From Oikopleura dioica (taxonomy: Eukaryota; Animalia; Chordata): a stretch of 64,000 nt of DNA. A model generated the notes under the pieces. It saw only the letters and a list, made by a program, of their open reading frames with translations, searched no databases and had not been told where the DNA came from. Position 1 is the first letter of the stretch, and each line of letters begins with the position of its first letter. The position numbers were made by a program, and so were the translations under genes. Location of the stretch: NCBI GenBank assembly GCA_907165135.1, contig OU015567.1, forward strand, positions 3,038,001 through 3,102,000, in the 5' to 3' direction. Positions 1 to 13,600 of the stretch are shown piece by piece.

Positions 1-661
1 TACAAAGCGCTCAAGTAACTGGGAATTTCCTTGAGCGGCGCACGTGGCGACTTTTTCACGTGAAGTGTATGTTCCAGGCAGCCGGCGGCGAAATGAGCAA
101 TTCAGGCGCGGTCGGAGACGAGTTCCACGGTGTTCAGGGCGATAAAATGCGGCAGTTACAGTTTTCACAACTTGACTGACCTCGTTTGTGTGCACAGAAG
201 GGTTACTGTGCGGCGCGCGGACGCGACTTGATTCACGAGCTCCAGCGGTTTATCAAACACGGGAACAGCGGAAGATCGCTCGATCGACTTGGCGAGTGGT
301 CACACCAAGTAAATAACACTTCTAGCTTCGCAGCAGGAAGTGCCGGTGATGAGGGCGAACGTGGGTTCGGATGAGTCCAATGAAGAAAGAAGCTTAGCGA
401 TTGTCACCAGATGCAAGCGTCTAAGTACTGCTGTATGCTCTCTATACTAGACGGTTCTCTTGCAGCTAGTCGTAGCCTCTACTGTATCTTCAATAAAACA
501 CGAGGAAAGGTAGTTTCCGAAAAAGCGTGTATTCTGCACTTTTACTGTGCGCGGACTGATGCAGTGTTCGTAAAAGTGGCAGGGAAGAGCGCGGCGCGAG
601 ATCCCTATCAGATCTCTAACCGACTTTCAGCACTAAGACCTCACATTTTGGAAAATATTTT

Positions 662-3600
662 CTAAAGAACTGAAATTGGAACTGGACTCACCTTTAGAAT
701 TAATTCGAGCTCAGATGGTGGAGCAGCTATGTAGACAATTTTTGCATCGTAGCGGCCATAACTTCTGACCGAGTTCGAGTAAATAGCCAAATTCTTCGCA
801 ACGACTTGGGGATCCACATCGGCCAGTTGGTCGCACTTTCCTTGAGGTCGACAAGACGCTCCATGTTTCAATAAAAACTAGAAAGCAAAGTCGACCGTGC
901 CTTGTCTGTGTTTCCAGCGCCTTTCTGGCAGTGCACCATGAAGTCTTTCTCGTCATACCTCCAGTGCATTGCGACCATATCCCACGTACCTTTTCAGCGA
1001 GGTTGACAAATTGTTACATGATTGAGACAGAATTTAGAGCTAATCGAATTTTTCGCTCGAGGAGAAATTCGAATCGAATTAAATCAACAATCGGCATTTC
1101 AAACTTGATTGAATAGTTATTAAATACCAAACTTGCTGAGTCAAAATTTTTAAGTCAAAAAGCCGAAATTGAAAGCCGCGTAGCGGCTTTTTCGTAAGCC
1201 GAAGCCGCGTTGCGGCTTTTTATTGCGGAGGTGTCTGGAACCGACAAAAAAATTTGGACAAATTTTGCGTGGAAATTTTCAACCAATCAGAAGCCTAGAT
1301 CTGGCAAATGGGCGAATCAGCTGCCGAGTAGCCGCCTACGCAAATTTTGTCGAAATCTTTTTGTCGGTTCCAGACACCATCCCTTTTTATTTGGGTTTTT
1401 TTGACTCAAAAATTTTCGTTGCTTGTACAGTCACTGTTTCCTGTTCTCAGTTAAAACCTGTGCCTATAACATCAGCAACAAAAGCACTCGCCGCGTCGCG
1501 AATAAATTGTGGCCTAGAAGATAAAACCAGTTCTATTCGCATTAAATTCTGCTAAGCCGCCACTGGCGACGCGTATTTTTGAACTTGAGCAGCTCTATTT
1601 TTGGTGTTTACCTCGGCGAGTAATGCATAACATTGGAAATGATAGCGGCGTCGTCATCTTGGCCGGAGGGACGCTCCGGATTGTCGGGATCGAAGTTTTT
1701 GTCGTTTTTTCGTTTGCGCTTGATCAGAAGTTTGGTAAGATCGATGTTGCGATAGGGGAACAACCACAGGGCGCATTTCTCGTCCGTTGGATACACCTTA
1801 ATTTTCCATAAATGAGACTTTCACAAGTTAACGGAATTAGCAACAAAAAGCGTGTCCCAAAATAAGCTCCGGCGTATTCCGTTTTATGTAACTAGTTGAA
1901 TTACGAAGCATAACTGTAAAAACTGCAGTTATCGAGAAATTGATATGATGTCTTCCTTGTAACTTGGTCCTTGTTTGATACTATTACAATAATTAAAAAC
2001 GAGATCATCATCTCGAGACTACAAGAACGGCTCAAAATATAGCTACAGTTTTCTTCCAGTAAATCGAAGGAGCCAAAAACGTGGTGACATTCATTTTCTT
2101 CGCTAACTGACAAATTATACCGTATATGATATACGGTATATCGTTGGGCTGTTTATGTACGAAATCAGTGCTACGGACACCGAGTAAACTACTGAAAAGA
2201 TTAGACGTTCAAATCAATCCTTCGCGCAAATCCCAATTAGAAAAAGCCTGAATAGCTGTTCGAAACAGAAAACGTGCGCAAAATAGCGATAGCAGATAAA
2301 TATTTTGTGACAAGCGATGCAGGAGCGTTTACTCAGCTTGATAAAGAAAAAGAAAGAAACAAAGAGTGAAACTGCTGAACGCTTGTTTTTCGTACCTGTT
2401 GTAGTTTTTCGGCTTCAAGGGGTAGAAACATCATTCCATTTTTCGCTGATTCAACATGCTCCATTTCCAAAATCTCGTCCATCAGAAATTTGGTGTTTTC
2501 ATCGAACGCTTTCATCCCTCCCGAAAAGTTCAAACTTGATGTTTAATTTTATAGCTGCCCAGGAATAAGGTGATCCAACAAGGAAAATCAAAAGCTGACC
2601 TTTTTAAATTCACTTTTGAGTCAAAAAAAAATAAAAAAACAAAAAATACTGTAAAAAGAAAAAAATGAATGATAACAGAAAAAAGAATGACCAAAACAGT
2701 TTAATAAAATTATTTCTGTTTCAGTTCCGCTGTTTTAATATTATTTTTACAGGTGAACGCATGGCAGAATTAGTCTGCCAGCGAACAGTTCTATTTTTTA
2801 TTCTATCCGATATTATTACAAAATAAACAATAAAACGCTATTTAAAATAAACGACATTATTTTCAACAATGCCGCATTGTCAATGCGTTAGTTGAACATT
2901 ATGATAAAAACACAATCTATTTGTTTTGTGATTTGATTTTTGCACTTTTGGCACTTTTTTGCAGTTATCGTGGTATTATTTGGTGCTTCTTTTTTTAATT
3001 GTTTGGAGACGCGAAAGATACCGGTTTGCTTTTTCCTTGTTGGAGCTCAAGGTTAAAATAAGAAATTGATGGTGTTATCAGAAAATAAATAATGGGCATC
3101 TTCAGACCTCAAAAAAGGAACATGAAAAAGGAAAACTAAGATAAGGGTTTTTACTCAAAAAAGTACTCCCCTTGTTCATCCTCGAAATTGCTGCAATCGC
3201 CCCCTTGTTCATCATTTTTCTTGAGCAAACATGGGGACTTCCATCTGAACTTTTTTCCTGCAAATGTCTCCAATTGCTGAATCCTCTTGACTTTTCCCGC
3301 TGCATCGGAGCTTTCCTCCCTCGCCGTCAGAGCAACATCAAATTTCCCACCACAAGCAGTCGCCATCATTTCAGCACTAGCAACGGTGATGAATTTTCGC
3401 AGCATGTTTTCGTCGACTTTTCTCCACGGAAAAGAAATTTCGCCAGGCGACGGGTCCGACCGATGCTTGTAAAAGGGCGGCATCACAACGGTGCGATTGA
3501 GCTTGATCGCCAAAATGATTGTTTCGCGAAAGCCACGGAGCTGGTTATTTGGGCCGTATGGTAAGACAGGGATGAGGAAGTGATCCGAGCGAAGGGGCAT

Positions 3601-3783
3601 GATTGGCTCTACGTGTGCGCTCCAGTCGGTTGCCAGTTTCGGCTCTAGAATTAAATTAGACCGTGAACCATAATCAGACAGATAAAAGATCCGGTCAAGT
3701 AAGAAATTGTTATTTATGCACTTGAGCAGATTCAATTTTGATTCTGTTTCTCGAGTTCGAGTAATATAATCGAATTTCGGCAA
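662..3783 (-). CDS. GDP-fucose protein O-fucosyltransferase-like (POFUT/O-FucT family), multi-exon; probably extends beyond both coordinates and off the left window edge
   Basis: Exon 3783-~3165 has LIPVLPYGPNNQLRGFRETIILAIKLNRTVVMPPF (the GxxNQ N-terminal motif). Downstream minus-strand exons give YPTDEKCALWLFPYRN (~1790), PQFIRDAASAFVADVIG (~1500), DMVAMHWRYDEKDFMVHC (~960) and KIVYIAAPPSELELILK followed by gtgagt (~700). The order fits the family's HxR and VYIA motifs. Confidence 0.72.
1135..1222. repeat. Paired-hairpin dispersed repeat (AAGCCGC-NNN-GCGGCTT x2), intronic copy
   Basis: Hairpins at 1173-1189 and 1202-1218. The same motif occurs at 26344, 33430, 36688/36717 and 38524/38552. 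Confidence 0.8.
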
Positions 3784-4788
3784 GTACGGGATCTCGCACG
3801 AGTAACACGCTATTTTATTTTAAAACTAGGATGGGTCTGTTATTATGCTAACCCTAGGACTGTAGACCTTGTCTTCAATTTAACGAGGAAATGACAAGTT
3901 CTCGGCTCTAGAATTTCATTAGCTGAAAAACTTCGAATTTCGATTTTGCATTTTTTGCTTATTGTGGATATTTCCTGTCTAAAATCAACGCCCAACAAAA
4001 CGGTAAAGTCAGTTTTGATAAAATAACCCCAAAAGTCCTTTGCTCAATAATCATTACATCAAACATAAATACTCGCGCGTATTTCTACCAAAGCCTAATT
4101 ACCGGCGCATGTAAAACAACAATTATTACAAATTGTCAATCGTGTTATCTACTTTGCTCTTGCATTTTTCCAACGTGGTGATAACGGCCTCGATTTCAAG
4201 TCTAGTCGCTTATCAGTGAGGAAATTGGTATCTTGATATTAAACAAGACAGCGTCGAATTATTACTTGTTGCATTCGTTATACAACTAGGCATCTTTTTT
4301 TTTGTTTTTTTCAGCAAGAAAAAAAATCTAAATTTTGTTCAAATTAACTTTTCGGAAGGTAAAAAAATTTGTATTTGTTGGATTTTATAAATATTACCGG
4401 TAAACAAAGCGAATCGTCGATCCTCCTCAAGTTTTTCCGTAATAATTTGAGTGACAACATAAATAAAGTAACGCGATTTACCGGACTCACGAGATCACTG
4501 ATCCTGTGTACAAAATTCGACACATCAAGAAGTCCATATTTTTCGTTTTGGAGATCGGATGAACCCGATTTCAATAATTAACCATTTTGTAACCCCGGTC
4601 AAATTTCTACTGAAAGCAAAAGACCCTATTTCACCTCTAAGTTTTTGAGATACTATAAAGCAATTTTCGCTTTTTAGCATAACAATGCGGTGGAAACTGT
4701 AGCTATGCGCGTTTATCGTGCCCTGACAGATGAAAGTCTTTATCCCGCTATGCAGAAAATGCTCGCTAAAATGTTGAAGAATGCTTGA

Positions 4789-5106
4789 CTAGGAACTTAT
4801 CTGGCCTGTGTTTTCTCCGTACTTTGAATCAAATACAAACAAACCTTCACATTTGAGCTCTCCAGGATGAATCGGAATGTCCTTTTCTTTTTCTTTCGAA
4901 GAAATTCCATCGCGATCGTGTGTTCTGACAATGTTGCCAGTCATTTTGTCGACGGAGAAAGCTGCGTTGCCAAGTTTGACATCTCCTTCTTTTTCGACTT
5001 TTGTTGGAACCTTGTCTTTTCGATGCTCTTTCTTTGGATCAGCCAGGCCATAGCCGAAGACGCGTTTCACTCGATTTAGTATTGAGCTTTGAGGGTTGAA
5101 ATACAA
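4789..5106 (-). CDS. Charged low-complexity exon, possibly the stem region of the O-fucosyltransferase-like gene
   Basis: 105-codon ORF rich in K/E/D, co-oriented with and upstream of the O-FucT exons. No family motif and splice links not resolved. Confidence 0.3.
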   Translation of the reverse strand: MYFNPQSSILNRVKRVFGYGLADPKKEHRKDKVPTKVEKEGDVKLGNAAFSVDKMTGNIVRTHDRDGISSKEKEKDIPIHPGELKCEGLFVFDSKYGENTGQISS

Positions 5107-7164
5107 TTTTTTGAAAAAGCAATTTTACAAAGAGAAGAATATGAGGCTCAATTTTTGATAAATAAACCATCAAATACTGAACTGAAAGAAAAAATTTAGA
5201 AGGTTTGAGACAAGTGCTACTCTTGACAGTTAAAAAGTGCGCAACTGTCAATTCTGATCACTAGTTTTCACAAGACATAATATTCTTGTAAAACTGAGGG
5301 CGTGGATTGAGCAGAAGATCGTAAGCATAAATATTAAAATGTTCAGCGAGTAAGTTTTTTAGAAAAGCGGATTCGATGATTATTGATGTTCAAATAGCTT
5401 AGCCGAGTACTTATTCTTTTTTCGCTGAAGAAAAAAGATGTCGTGAAAAATGAAAAATCGATGCTAGAAAAATTCAACCCTTTCCTTCGTTCAGCCCTTC
5501 TAGCGCTTCTGTCATAAGTTCAAAAAAAAAAATAACGAGCCTTCGTGAGCGCAAAAGTCATTATGATCTCTTTTTTTGCTCAAAGCGCGACGAAATCACG
5601 TAATTACAATGTATCTCGTGACAACTCTTTTAGGAGGATTAGGTCATAGTCTGAGGCTTTTTATTTTTTTTTTTGAACTGTTACTGTGATCTGTGAAATT
5701 ACCGTAGTTTTCAGCTGCTTCTTCGAGGGAGTTGGATTCGTAGGTGGTTTGGACGATGTGGAGCTTTTTTTGGTTTTAGATTTTGGAAACCATAAGAATT
5801 TTTTTCGACGAAATGTATTTTAAATTTTTTACCAAGAGCTATTTGAAGAAAAATTATGATTATCGCCGTTTTTCGTTTAACAAATAAAGTTCAGTTATCA
5901 AAATTTTAAAACCTCCCAAAAGAACACCAAGCAAAACAAACTTGCAGCGATTTATGATGAGTCCCACATTGGCCGAAGCCGTGAGAACTCGCATCGTTCT
6001 TCTTATTCGCGACAGCACAATTTCTCTTTTTCAACAGCAAGTTCTGTTTATAAAAAAAACTAACAAGAAGTTATGCAAAAAAAAGTCGGCAGCGCACTAA
6101 TTGGAGGGAGGATTATCGGAAAAGATGGGGTTTCTCTCCGCGGGCGGATTTTTACCGGTCATATTTTGACGCTAAAAATATGGCTAGCGAATTAACTTCA
6201 TCATACTATAACTTAATTTCAAGAAAAAAAAAATTTCCTAACCAATATAAAAATATCCAAGGGAAAAAATTTCGCCTAGCATAGCAGGAAGGCGAAAAAT
6301 TTAAGGCGAATTAAGGCGAAATCGCTGGAGCCTAGCCTAGCCTTCTGATTTTCCAGTCCGATTTCGAACTCTTGTTTGAACCAGGCGGCACAATGCGGCA
6401 AAATTAAGCACCCCAGAGAATTTGTATTCTCGAAAATATGACCATTTTCAGCTGGGTGGTCAGTTTGGGAGTTTTCAGGGAAATTAGCCGAAAAAAACCT
6501 CCCAAATTGACCACCCCTACTGTAGTTCGATTGGAAAGGTTCGATCTCAATCAGATGGTTTTTAGCTGCTCTAGATTGATTTTTATCTTTGATTTTATAA
6601 AACGCAAAAGAAGTCATCTTTACAACAATATTAAAATGCTTCTTGAGTTATTGAATGTTTTGTTAGCTTGTGATGAAAACTCAATTTTGAAAAATTTATA
6701 ACGAAAAAAATCAAAATCGCCTGAAAAAATCTTTTAAAATGCAACAATTACAGCCCTTTTTTCTTCATCACTACGATCAAATTTATTGTTGAATAAAAAA
6801 ATCGTGAATAATGATATTCTTAACAACAAACTACAGAAAAAAGGTGCAAAGTCGATCCAGCATCGTTGGCCAAGATGCTAAGCTCAGTTATGGTCACTGA
6901 CTTCTGTGCCAAAATTCAGCAAAATTCTTAAAGTATTCAAGTAGCATTTCTACTAAAAGTTTGCAGCAAAAACAGATCAGCGTTTATGGTAAATCATTTT
7001 TCTGCTGATGGATAATTAGAGCTTTGTTTATAGAGACAGTTGTTCTACGATCTGCAAAACAGGGGCTGGAAAAAAGGAAATGGGCAAATTGAAAACAGAT
7101 GAACGGGTTCAAATTTGGATGTTTTTAACAAAAATGTTCAGATCAAATTTTCGTCCAAAAAAAG

Positions 7165-9250
7165 TCTCATTATGTTGCTCCCACATCATCTTTGGCGCTT
7201 TTCTGAGTGAAACTTTTTTCGTTTTCAAGAACTTCCCGTATATCTCGACGCCCGAATGGATCACAAGAGCGCTTTATTATCTGTGGTAAACCTCTATCTA
7301 TTATCATTTAAATTCTTAATAATTTGAAGCGTTCTGGTCACGTTGGCCTTGAGCAACGTCGTTTTTCATCGGCGATGTAAGGGCGAGTTCATAAACATAA
7401 AACCTTTGTGCCTGCACGTAACTTTTAATGTTGCCAATTTGGCGGGCCCAATTTGATTAAATTTATAATTGAGCTTTCTCAACAGCTATCGACGTTTATT
7501 ATTTTCGTCGTTTTCACCGCTGCGGATTTGCTTCTTTTCAGGAAAGGTATCTTTCTTTTCAAAGGGAAGTTAGTGCATTACTTTCGCTACTTTCTATTAA
7601 ACCACAGGGTTGTTTAAATCCAGAGCACCTGATCTTTCAAGTTAAAATAAATTTCCGCTGTCGATAAAAATTGAACAATCTAAGTTCATAATTTAAAGTG
7701 AACCACTTCATCGAAAGAAAATGGTTCGACTTCGAATAGAATGGTTCAGTCTGAACTGATTCTTGAAACTGATTATTCCAGCGACAATATAAAAATGAAG
7801 GATCTCGTTCACATATTCAGAACAAAGAGTAAAAGGGCTCAGTGCATAGTCTCAACATGAAAGTTTAATGATGAAACTAATCTCCTTCTTGTCGATAATT
7901 CATTATTAATACCCATAATTTTTTTGGATAAAATGCAACAAAAACTTCTTTAAGATTTTCAACCCTTTTTACTAAAATAGCTGTTTATCTGCAAGACTAA
8001 TAAAAATGATTTGAGCAATCAAATTTATTTCATCGAAACACCGCTTGATAAAAAACCCTGTTCTTATATGAATCAGATCGCCACCGCATGATACCCAGCT
8101 AAAGCATCCGCGCTGTATTATTCCACCGGTGGTGGCTAGAAGGAAGCCGAGAAGAAAGCGTCAACCCTGTCATCGCGCTCTCAGAGGACATTGCCATGTG
8201 TTGTTTTTGCTCAGGAAACGGAATGGGGACCAGACCTTCTCATCTTCCACGAAATTGACGACAAGGTCATTTTTTTGAAAGTTCAAGAGTTGCGTCATTT
8301 TCCGGCTCTTTGAAAAATGCTATTTCATGGAAAAAAGGTGAATTCGAGCAATCAGAATTTGGTATTTTGGCTGTTAGCCAATCAAAAGCTGACAAAAGAA
8401 ATTTCGTCGCTTCGCGACTCACGATTGCGTCAATAAAAAATGACTAAAAAGTCGACTTTTCACTAATCCATCCGCCATTCCCTCTCACAGGTCGGTCACA
8501 GCTGCGGTGAGATTGATTCAAAATCCATCCCTTCGCGAAAAGGATGAGGCCAAAGTTGAAGTAACCGCGATTGGTTTCGATTCGCGTGTGACCGACCGAA
8601 TGGATAGTGCACCTGCTTCTTCTTATCGCCTCCGTCTTTGTCATTTTCGAATGGCATAATATTAATATGGACAGGATTAGCGAACAAACACTTCACAAAC
8701 TTAAGATAACGGATATTGATTTGGGTAAGAGAGGGAGAGAAACGTGACTAAGACGTACCTGATCATGGTCAAAATCGTTTTGGGGTTAAACAAGAGGTTG
8801 AAACAAGACATCTTATTCCATAGTAACAAATTACACGGAGGTACAAATGATCAAAAAGCTCTCACAAAAATCGATCTCAGTTGACTTTTCCACCTTTTTG
8901 TCTTAATTGACTGATAAAAACCTTTTAAAAAATCCGCTTACAATCCTCAATCGAAGAGATTGCGCATGCTAAGGGAACCCACCTCGTTCGCCATACTTTT
9001 GGCTTCATCAACCTTTTGTACGTCATCGATATTATCATCTGGATCTTGGAGAGTGCTGGAAACCCGAATCCTTTGAGCATCTTTCTGGCTTCGATATTCA
9101 CCTTTTCATTTGTTCTTGGTTGGGTTCATCTGGCGATTAGGGATGTTCACACCATTTTATGGAGAATAACAACGGTGACTGCCGCTGTTTTAATTCACTT
9201 ACAAGTAAGAAACAACGGCTTTGCTTAAAATTATCCCTTTTTCAGGCAAT
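7165..9250 (-). CDS. Probable unidentified multi-exon gene fragments
   Basis: Several short GC-richer open segments are flanked by AT-rich intron-like sequence (e.g. AQRFYVYELALTSPMKND ~7400; QIIKRSCDPFGRRDIREVLENEK...stop ~7165). No family was recognised. Confidence 0.22.
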
Positions 9251-10356
9251 TGAAGATATTGGCTCCCCAATTCTTGGCGGTACGAACCCTTGCTTTGAGA
9301 ATTTTCGCCTTCACGCCCTTATAAGCTTAGTTTTGTGTGTTAAAAAAAGCAAAGCTTCGAGTTATTTTCGAGCAACACGTAAAGATAATTGCATATAAAA
9401 GAATCAACAAACGATGCGACTTTTATTAATCAAGTTTTGATTTGATTAGGCGAATTTATTTTCAAAACTAGAAACAGCTTTTATCCAGATTCTCGATGTG
9501 CTGATTTCCTGCAAACTCACACCGTGCCTCTGATTCTACAATAAAACAATCAATCGAGTTAATTAAATTCAGTTTGACTAATCTAAAAATTAAAATTCTT
9601 TGCTTTCTTTAATTGCCAATAGCAGAAATTCCCTCAAAACTTTGCGAAGTCAATTGCTAGAGAAAAATTTTCGTCCTTGATTTCGAGAAATCACCAGATG
9701 CTTCCGAGGACTCATGCAAAGACTTCTGATTTCCATAATTTCTGCGCCTACAAAGAGTTTGGAACAAATTGAAATAGATTTTTTTTCACGATTTCAAGAT
9801 AACGATTATTGCATTTTGAGTTTTCCTTGAATTTATTATTTAGAAAATAAATATATAATGAACTTTCCAACGAATAGTAAGATATCACAGATTGAATATT
9901 GAATATCTTTTTTTATCACAATAAGAAGAAAAAGGGTTGAATAAGCTCGTAAGATGCGATGAATGATTAGTTTTGTTTCTAAAGGGTTAAATAGAAGTAC
10001 GGCAATTGGTTTCAAAGTACGAAGGTAGGTAGTACGGTCAGAAAATAGAAAGTAGAAAAGTAGGTAAAAGGAAGACTGTATTTTACATAAAACATACAAA
10101 CAATCGTTCAGATTTTAAGGGATTTCGGATTGAGCGCTGGTGAATAAATACACAGAGAGAAATAGTTAGTAAAATACGAGAAAGTTAGAAACCTTTTGAA
10201 AGAAATTTCAGTAAGTGTGATTTGGAATTCGATAGGTGGGGGGTAGAATGAATTGCGGATTTGTAGGGTGCAGCTTTATTCGACGCGAAAAAAGTCTTGT
10301 TGGTCCTATTTCTGGCTCTAGAAAGTGTCTTTCGGGAGATGATAGAGTCTTTAATG

Positions 10357-10633
10357 GAGAGAAGCGATTTTCTGGCAGTTAGACTTTCTGGCAAAGGCGA
10401 TTTTCTGGCACTGCCAGAAAATCTAATATGCCAGAAAATCTTATTTCCAGAAAATCGCCTCTTTTGATTTTGAATCTACAGTTAGTGATCCTGGAAGGTA
10501 AAAAACGGAGAGGGTTTTCGACAGTACCACCAATTTTTTCTTACACGTTATTTTTAAAAATTCATTGACAAAAGCCACTTTTTACCCATTTATTACTGCC
10601 AGAAAATCTAACTGCCAGAAAATCGCCTCTCTC
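10357..10633. mobile_element. 277-bp Mutator-like MITE
   Basis: TIR GAGAGA(A/G)GCGATTTTCTGGCAGTTAGA(C/T)TTTCTGGCA matches at 35/37. A 9-bp TSD TCTTTAATG lies at 10348-10356 and 10634-10642, with internal TGCCAGAAAA subterminal repeats. Confidence 0.88.
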
Positions 10634-13600
10634 TCTTTAATGACCTTATAAGACACTAAGTTAGTAAGTTTCTTTCCCTGAACGAAATTTTCTAGAGCCA
10701 GTTCCTGTGAGAGGCGTCTATGAGGTTGGGTTAGCAAGGACCAATCTTTAATCAGTCCACGAAGCTGTTTGATGACTGTATCTTGCATCTTTTGCTTCTT
10801 GCGTTTGTTGATGTTCAAGCTGGCAAGCATGTTTTTGCTCTTCTTGTCTTGCCGCAGTTTTTCCATCACTAAAATCATCGTTAATCAAGGCCATTATACT
10901 AAGAATTTACCTTTGAGAGCAGTACCAGGATTGACAAGCGCATATTTGCTCGTTTCTTGGCCATATTCTTGAAAGTACGTTTCCCAGTCCCATTCAGTGA
11001 ACAAATCGACCATTTGCCACGTCTCTCCAAGAATTCCTTCGAGTGTTTCTCGCATATTTCCCGTCATAAATTGCGAAGCATTGGCGATCTGGCCGAGGCA
11101 AAAGAGGACATCGAGCGAGAGCTGGTGCAGAGCGCCCATGTTGATCATCGCGATTTGGTCGTCGATGAGTTTTTCGAGGAGCGAGAAGCCTTTCAGGGTT
11201 CCAAAAAGTTGCCTTTGAAAAAGCTTTAGATTCTATTGCTTAGAATGAGAGACAGCATGAACCCTTCCTATATGCTGATATGTCGCAAAAATCGCCTCGG
11301 AAATCAACTGATCCGACATTTTCAGCACCCTCAGTTTCTCAAACGTCTCATCGAGAAACTGGAAGGTTTCTTTGAGATAACCACTCGTTGTTCCTGTTGC
11401 TTCTTTCATCGACCAGTCGAATGGGCGATCAAGGAGAGCGTCGAGCTTGTCGTTTAGGCGAGGATTAATTCCATTTTCGGCGAGGCGGCGAAGGTCCTGG
11501 AAGAGCTGAGCGCCGAGCTCTCTCATTCTGCGGCGGGCCTTCTTTTTCCCTTAAAAAAGATAGATAAGAGACAAATTTTCTTGTAAAACCTGATGTTTTT
11601 CTATCTCCATGGTCGAGCTCCTTGATATACGTCTCGATATCCTTGACAGATTTTTCCATATGAGTCAGATTCGTCACGAATTGAAGCATTTCTTCGAGCG
11701 TGAGACTTTCGTCCATGATTTTCTTTTCCAGAGCGACCCGAAGATTACGTTGAAGAAGGGATTCAACAGACTTAGCAAGGGCGACATCAACGCAGACATC
11801 AATCAACTCGACATCGATGCAGTAGATGTGCGCTTCGTCGATGAAATTGACCAGGATTTCGTGGATCCGTAGTACAGAACTAAACAAAAGTGAGGAGTTC
11901 ATATATATAATTAGATGCTAGATAAGAAAGGACGTTCTATTGAATATTCAAAAAGATACTGCTTTTGGTTCTTACCTTGAAAACGGTAATTTCTTCGGAT
12001 ATCTATCCCCTAATTTCTTCAACAATTTCTGGCCATATTTGAAGAACTTTTGCTCCTCAACAGAGCTAGCCACCATCATTGGCACGAGACGATCTTTGTT
12101 GATTGCAGCGGAAAACTCTGAGCCAAAGAATTTCAGGAGCCCTTCTACATACTGTCTCCACATTTCAGGAATGACTGCGTTGAGGTCGGACACACCAGCG
12201 TGAAAGCCATAAGAAGCCAGGGCATCGCTGAAAGCGACTAGGAGCGAATATTAGCAAAATCAATGTGCAATTATATGTTCATATATATTTTTTTATCTAT
12301 CAAATCAATTTCGCAGAAAACCGTATTGAAAGAACGTGTAGTGATATGAGTCAAGTTTCATTTCATTTTCAGTATTATCGAAAGAATCATATGTTCATGG
12401 AAAATTTCGCTAAGCGTGCAAGAAAAATAATAAATAAACGCCATAGTGCATCATTTAATTTTTATCGAGAAAAATGTTATGAAACTCGGATGAAAGAAAG
12501 CTTTATAAGAGAAAAAAAGCGCCATCTAAATGAAAAAGGTGCGGCTGGATCTAACCTGTGAGTTCTTTTGAATCAATCAGCTCCTTGCAATCTACCGAGT
12601 AGGCCAGCTGCGCGCGTAGGAGCATAAGGACTCTACTGACTGCCGTAGTCAACAATCTGCCGAGCCATTCTCGATCGATAAGCAGTTCTTTCGTGGAATG
12701 TAGCAGAACATCTTCGATGGCGAAGAATCCCAAAATCTGATGAAGAAATCGCCGGTAAATCTGAGCAAAGTGTCGTATATCTTTTGGCAGAGTGAATAAC
12801 AGCCTCGCTTGATGCTCTCTTTCAGCCCTGTAGCTCTCGATAAACTCGCTTTTTCCGCCAAGAAGCGAGTGGATATGAAGACTTTTGTGTATCGGCGTAA
12901 AATCGACAAAATCAGAAACATCTCTGTCCAAGTCCCATTCCCATCGAGGCGCCGCCGATTCAGCCATCGACATCATTTCGCTGAATTCATCGTCGGTGGC
13001 GATCTCGTCTTCTTCTGAAAATGGGTTGATCGCGTGTGAAGGGCGGCGGGAATGGGAGTAGTAGGAGCTACGATCGACTTCTGGGAGATCGTCTTCGTCG
13101 CCGAAAGGGTTTCCGTTTGCCGACGCTTCATCCCCTTAAAAATAATAACTCAGGTCAACTTAGTGGAACTTTACCTGAAAAAGGATTGCCTCCTCGGCTT
13201 TCATTGTCAGAAAAAGGGTTGCCATCGTCGGAGAATGGATTCTCAGACCTTCCAGATCGTCCGCTTTCCGAATAATCGTCATTTCCAAATGGGTTCATTT
13301 GCGAAGAAGTGGTTCGATTCAAGGATCCATTCATGAGTCGTGCATCTTTAGCCGATTCGGTTAAACTGTGTTTTGAACTGTATACTTTCATCATCTTTTT
13401 TGGAGGTGGTGCTTTTTCAAAGGTCAAAATTTGAGTCAAAAATGACCTATTTTATGTCTTTAGTGAACAGGTATTTTGACCATTTCCTACAGAAGGTACA
13501 ATTGAGGCAGCTGGCATTCGTTTTGGTTGTGAAGGATTATTGGGTCTTCGTTTTTGCAAGTACTTTTGCAAAATAACCGTCCCCACTTTCGGGGCGTTGA

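Noticed and set aside
4786-4791. Abutting TGA (+) and TAG (-) stop codons suggesting tail-to-tail genes
   Set aside because: Neither short ORF could be verified as a terminal exon.
13422-13481. 9-bp inverted repeat GGTCAAAAT/ATTTTGACC at the ends of an EXOC6 intron (MITE-derived intron?)
   Set aside because: Too short in AT-rich DNA, no TSD, and the intron boundaries are uncertain.
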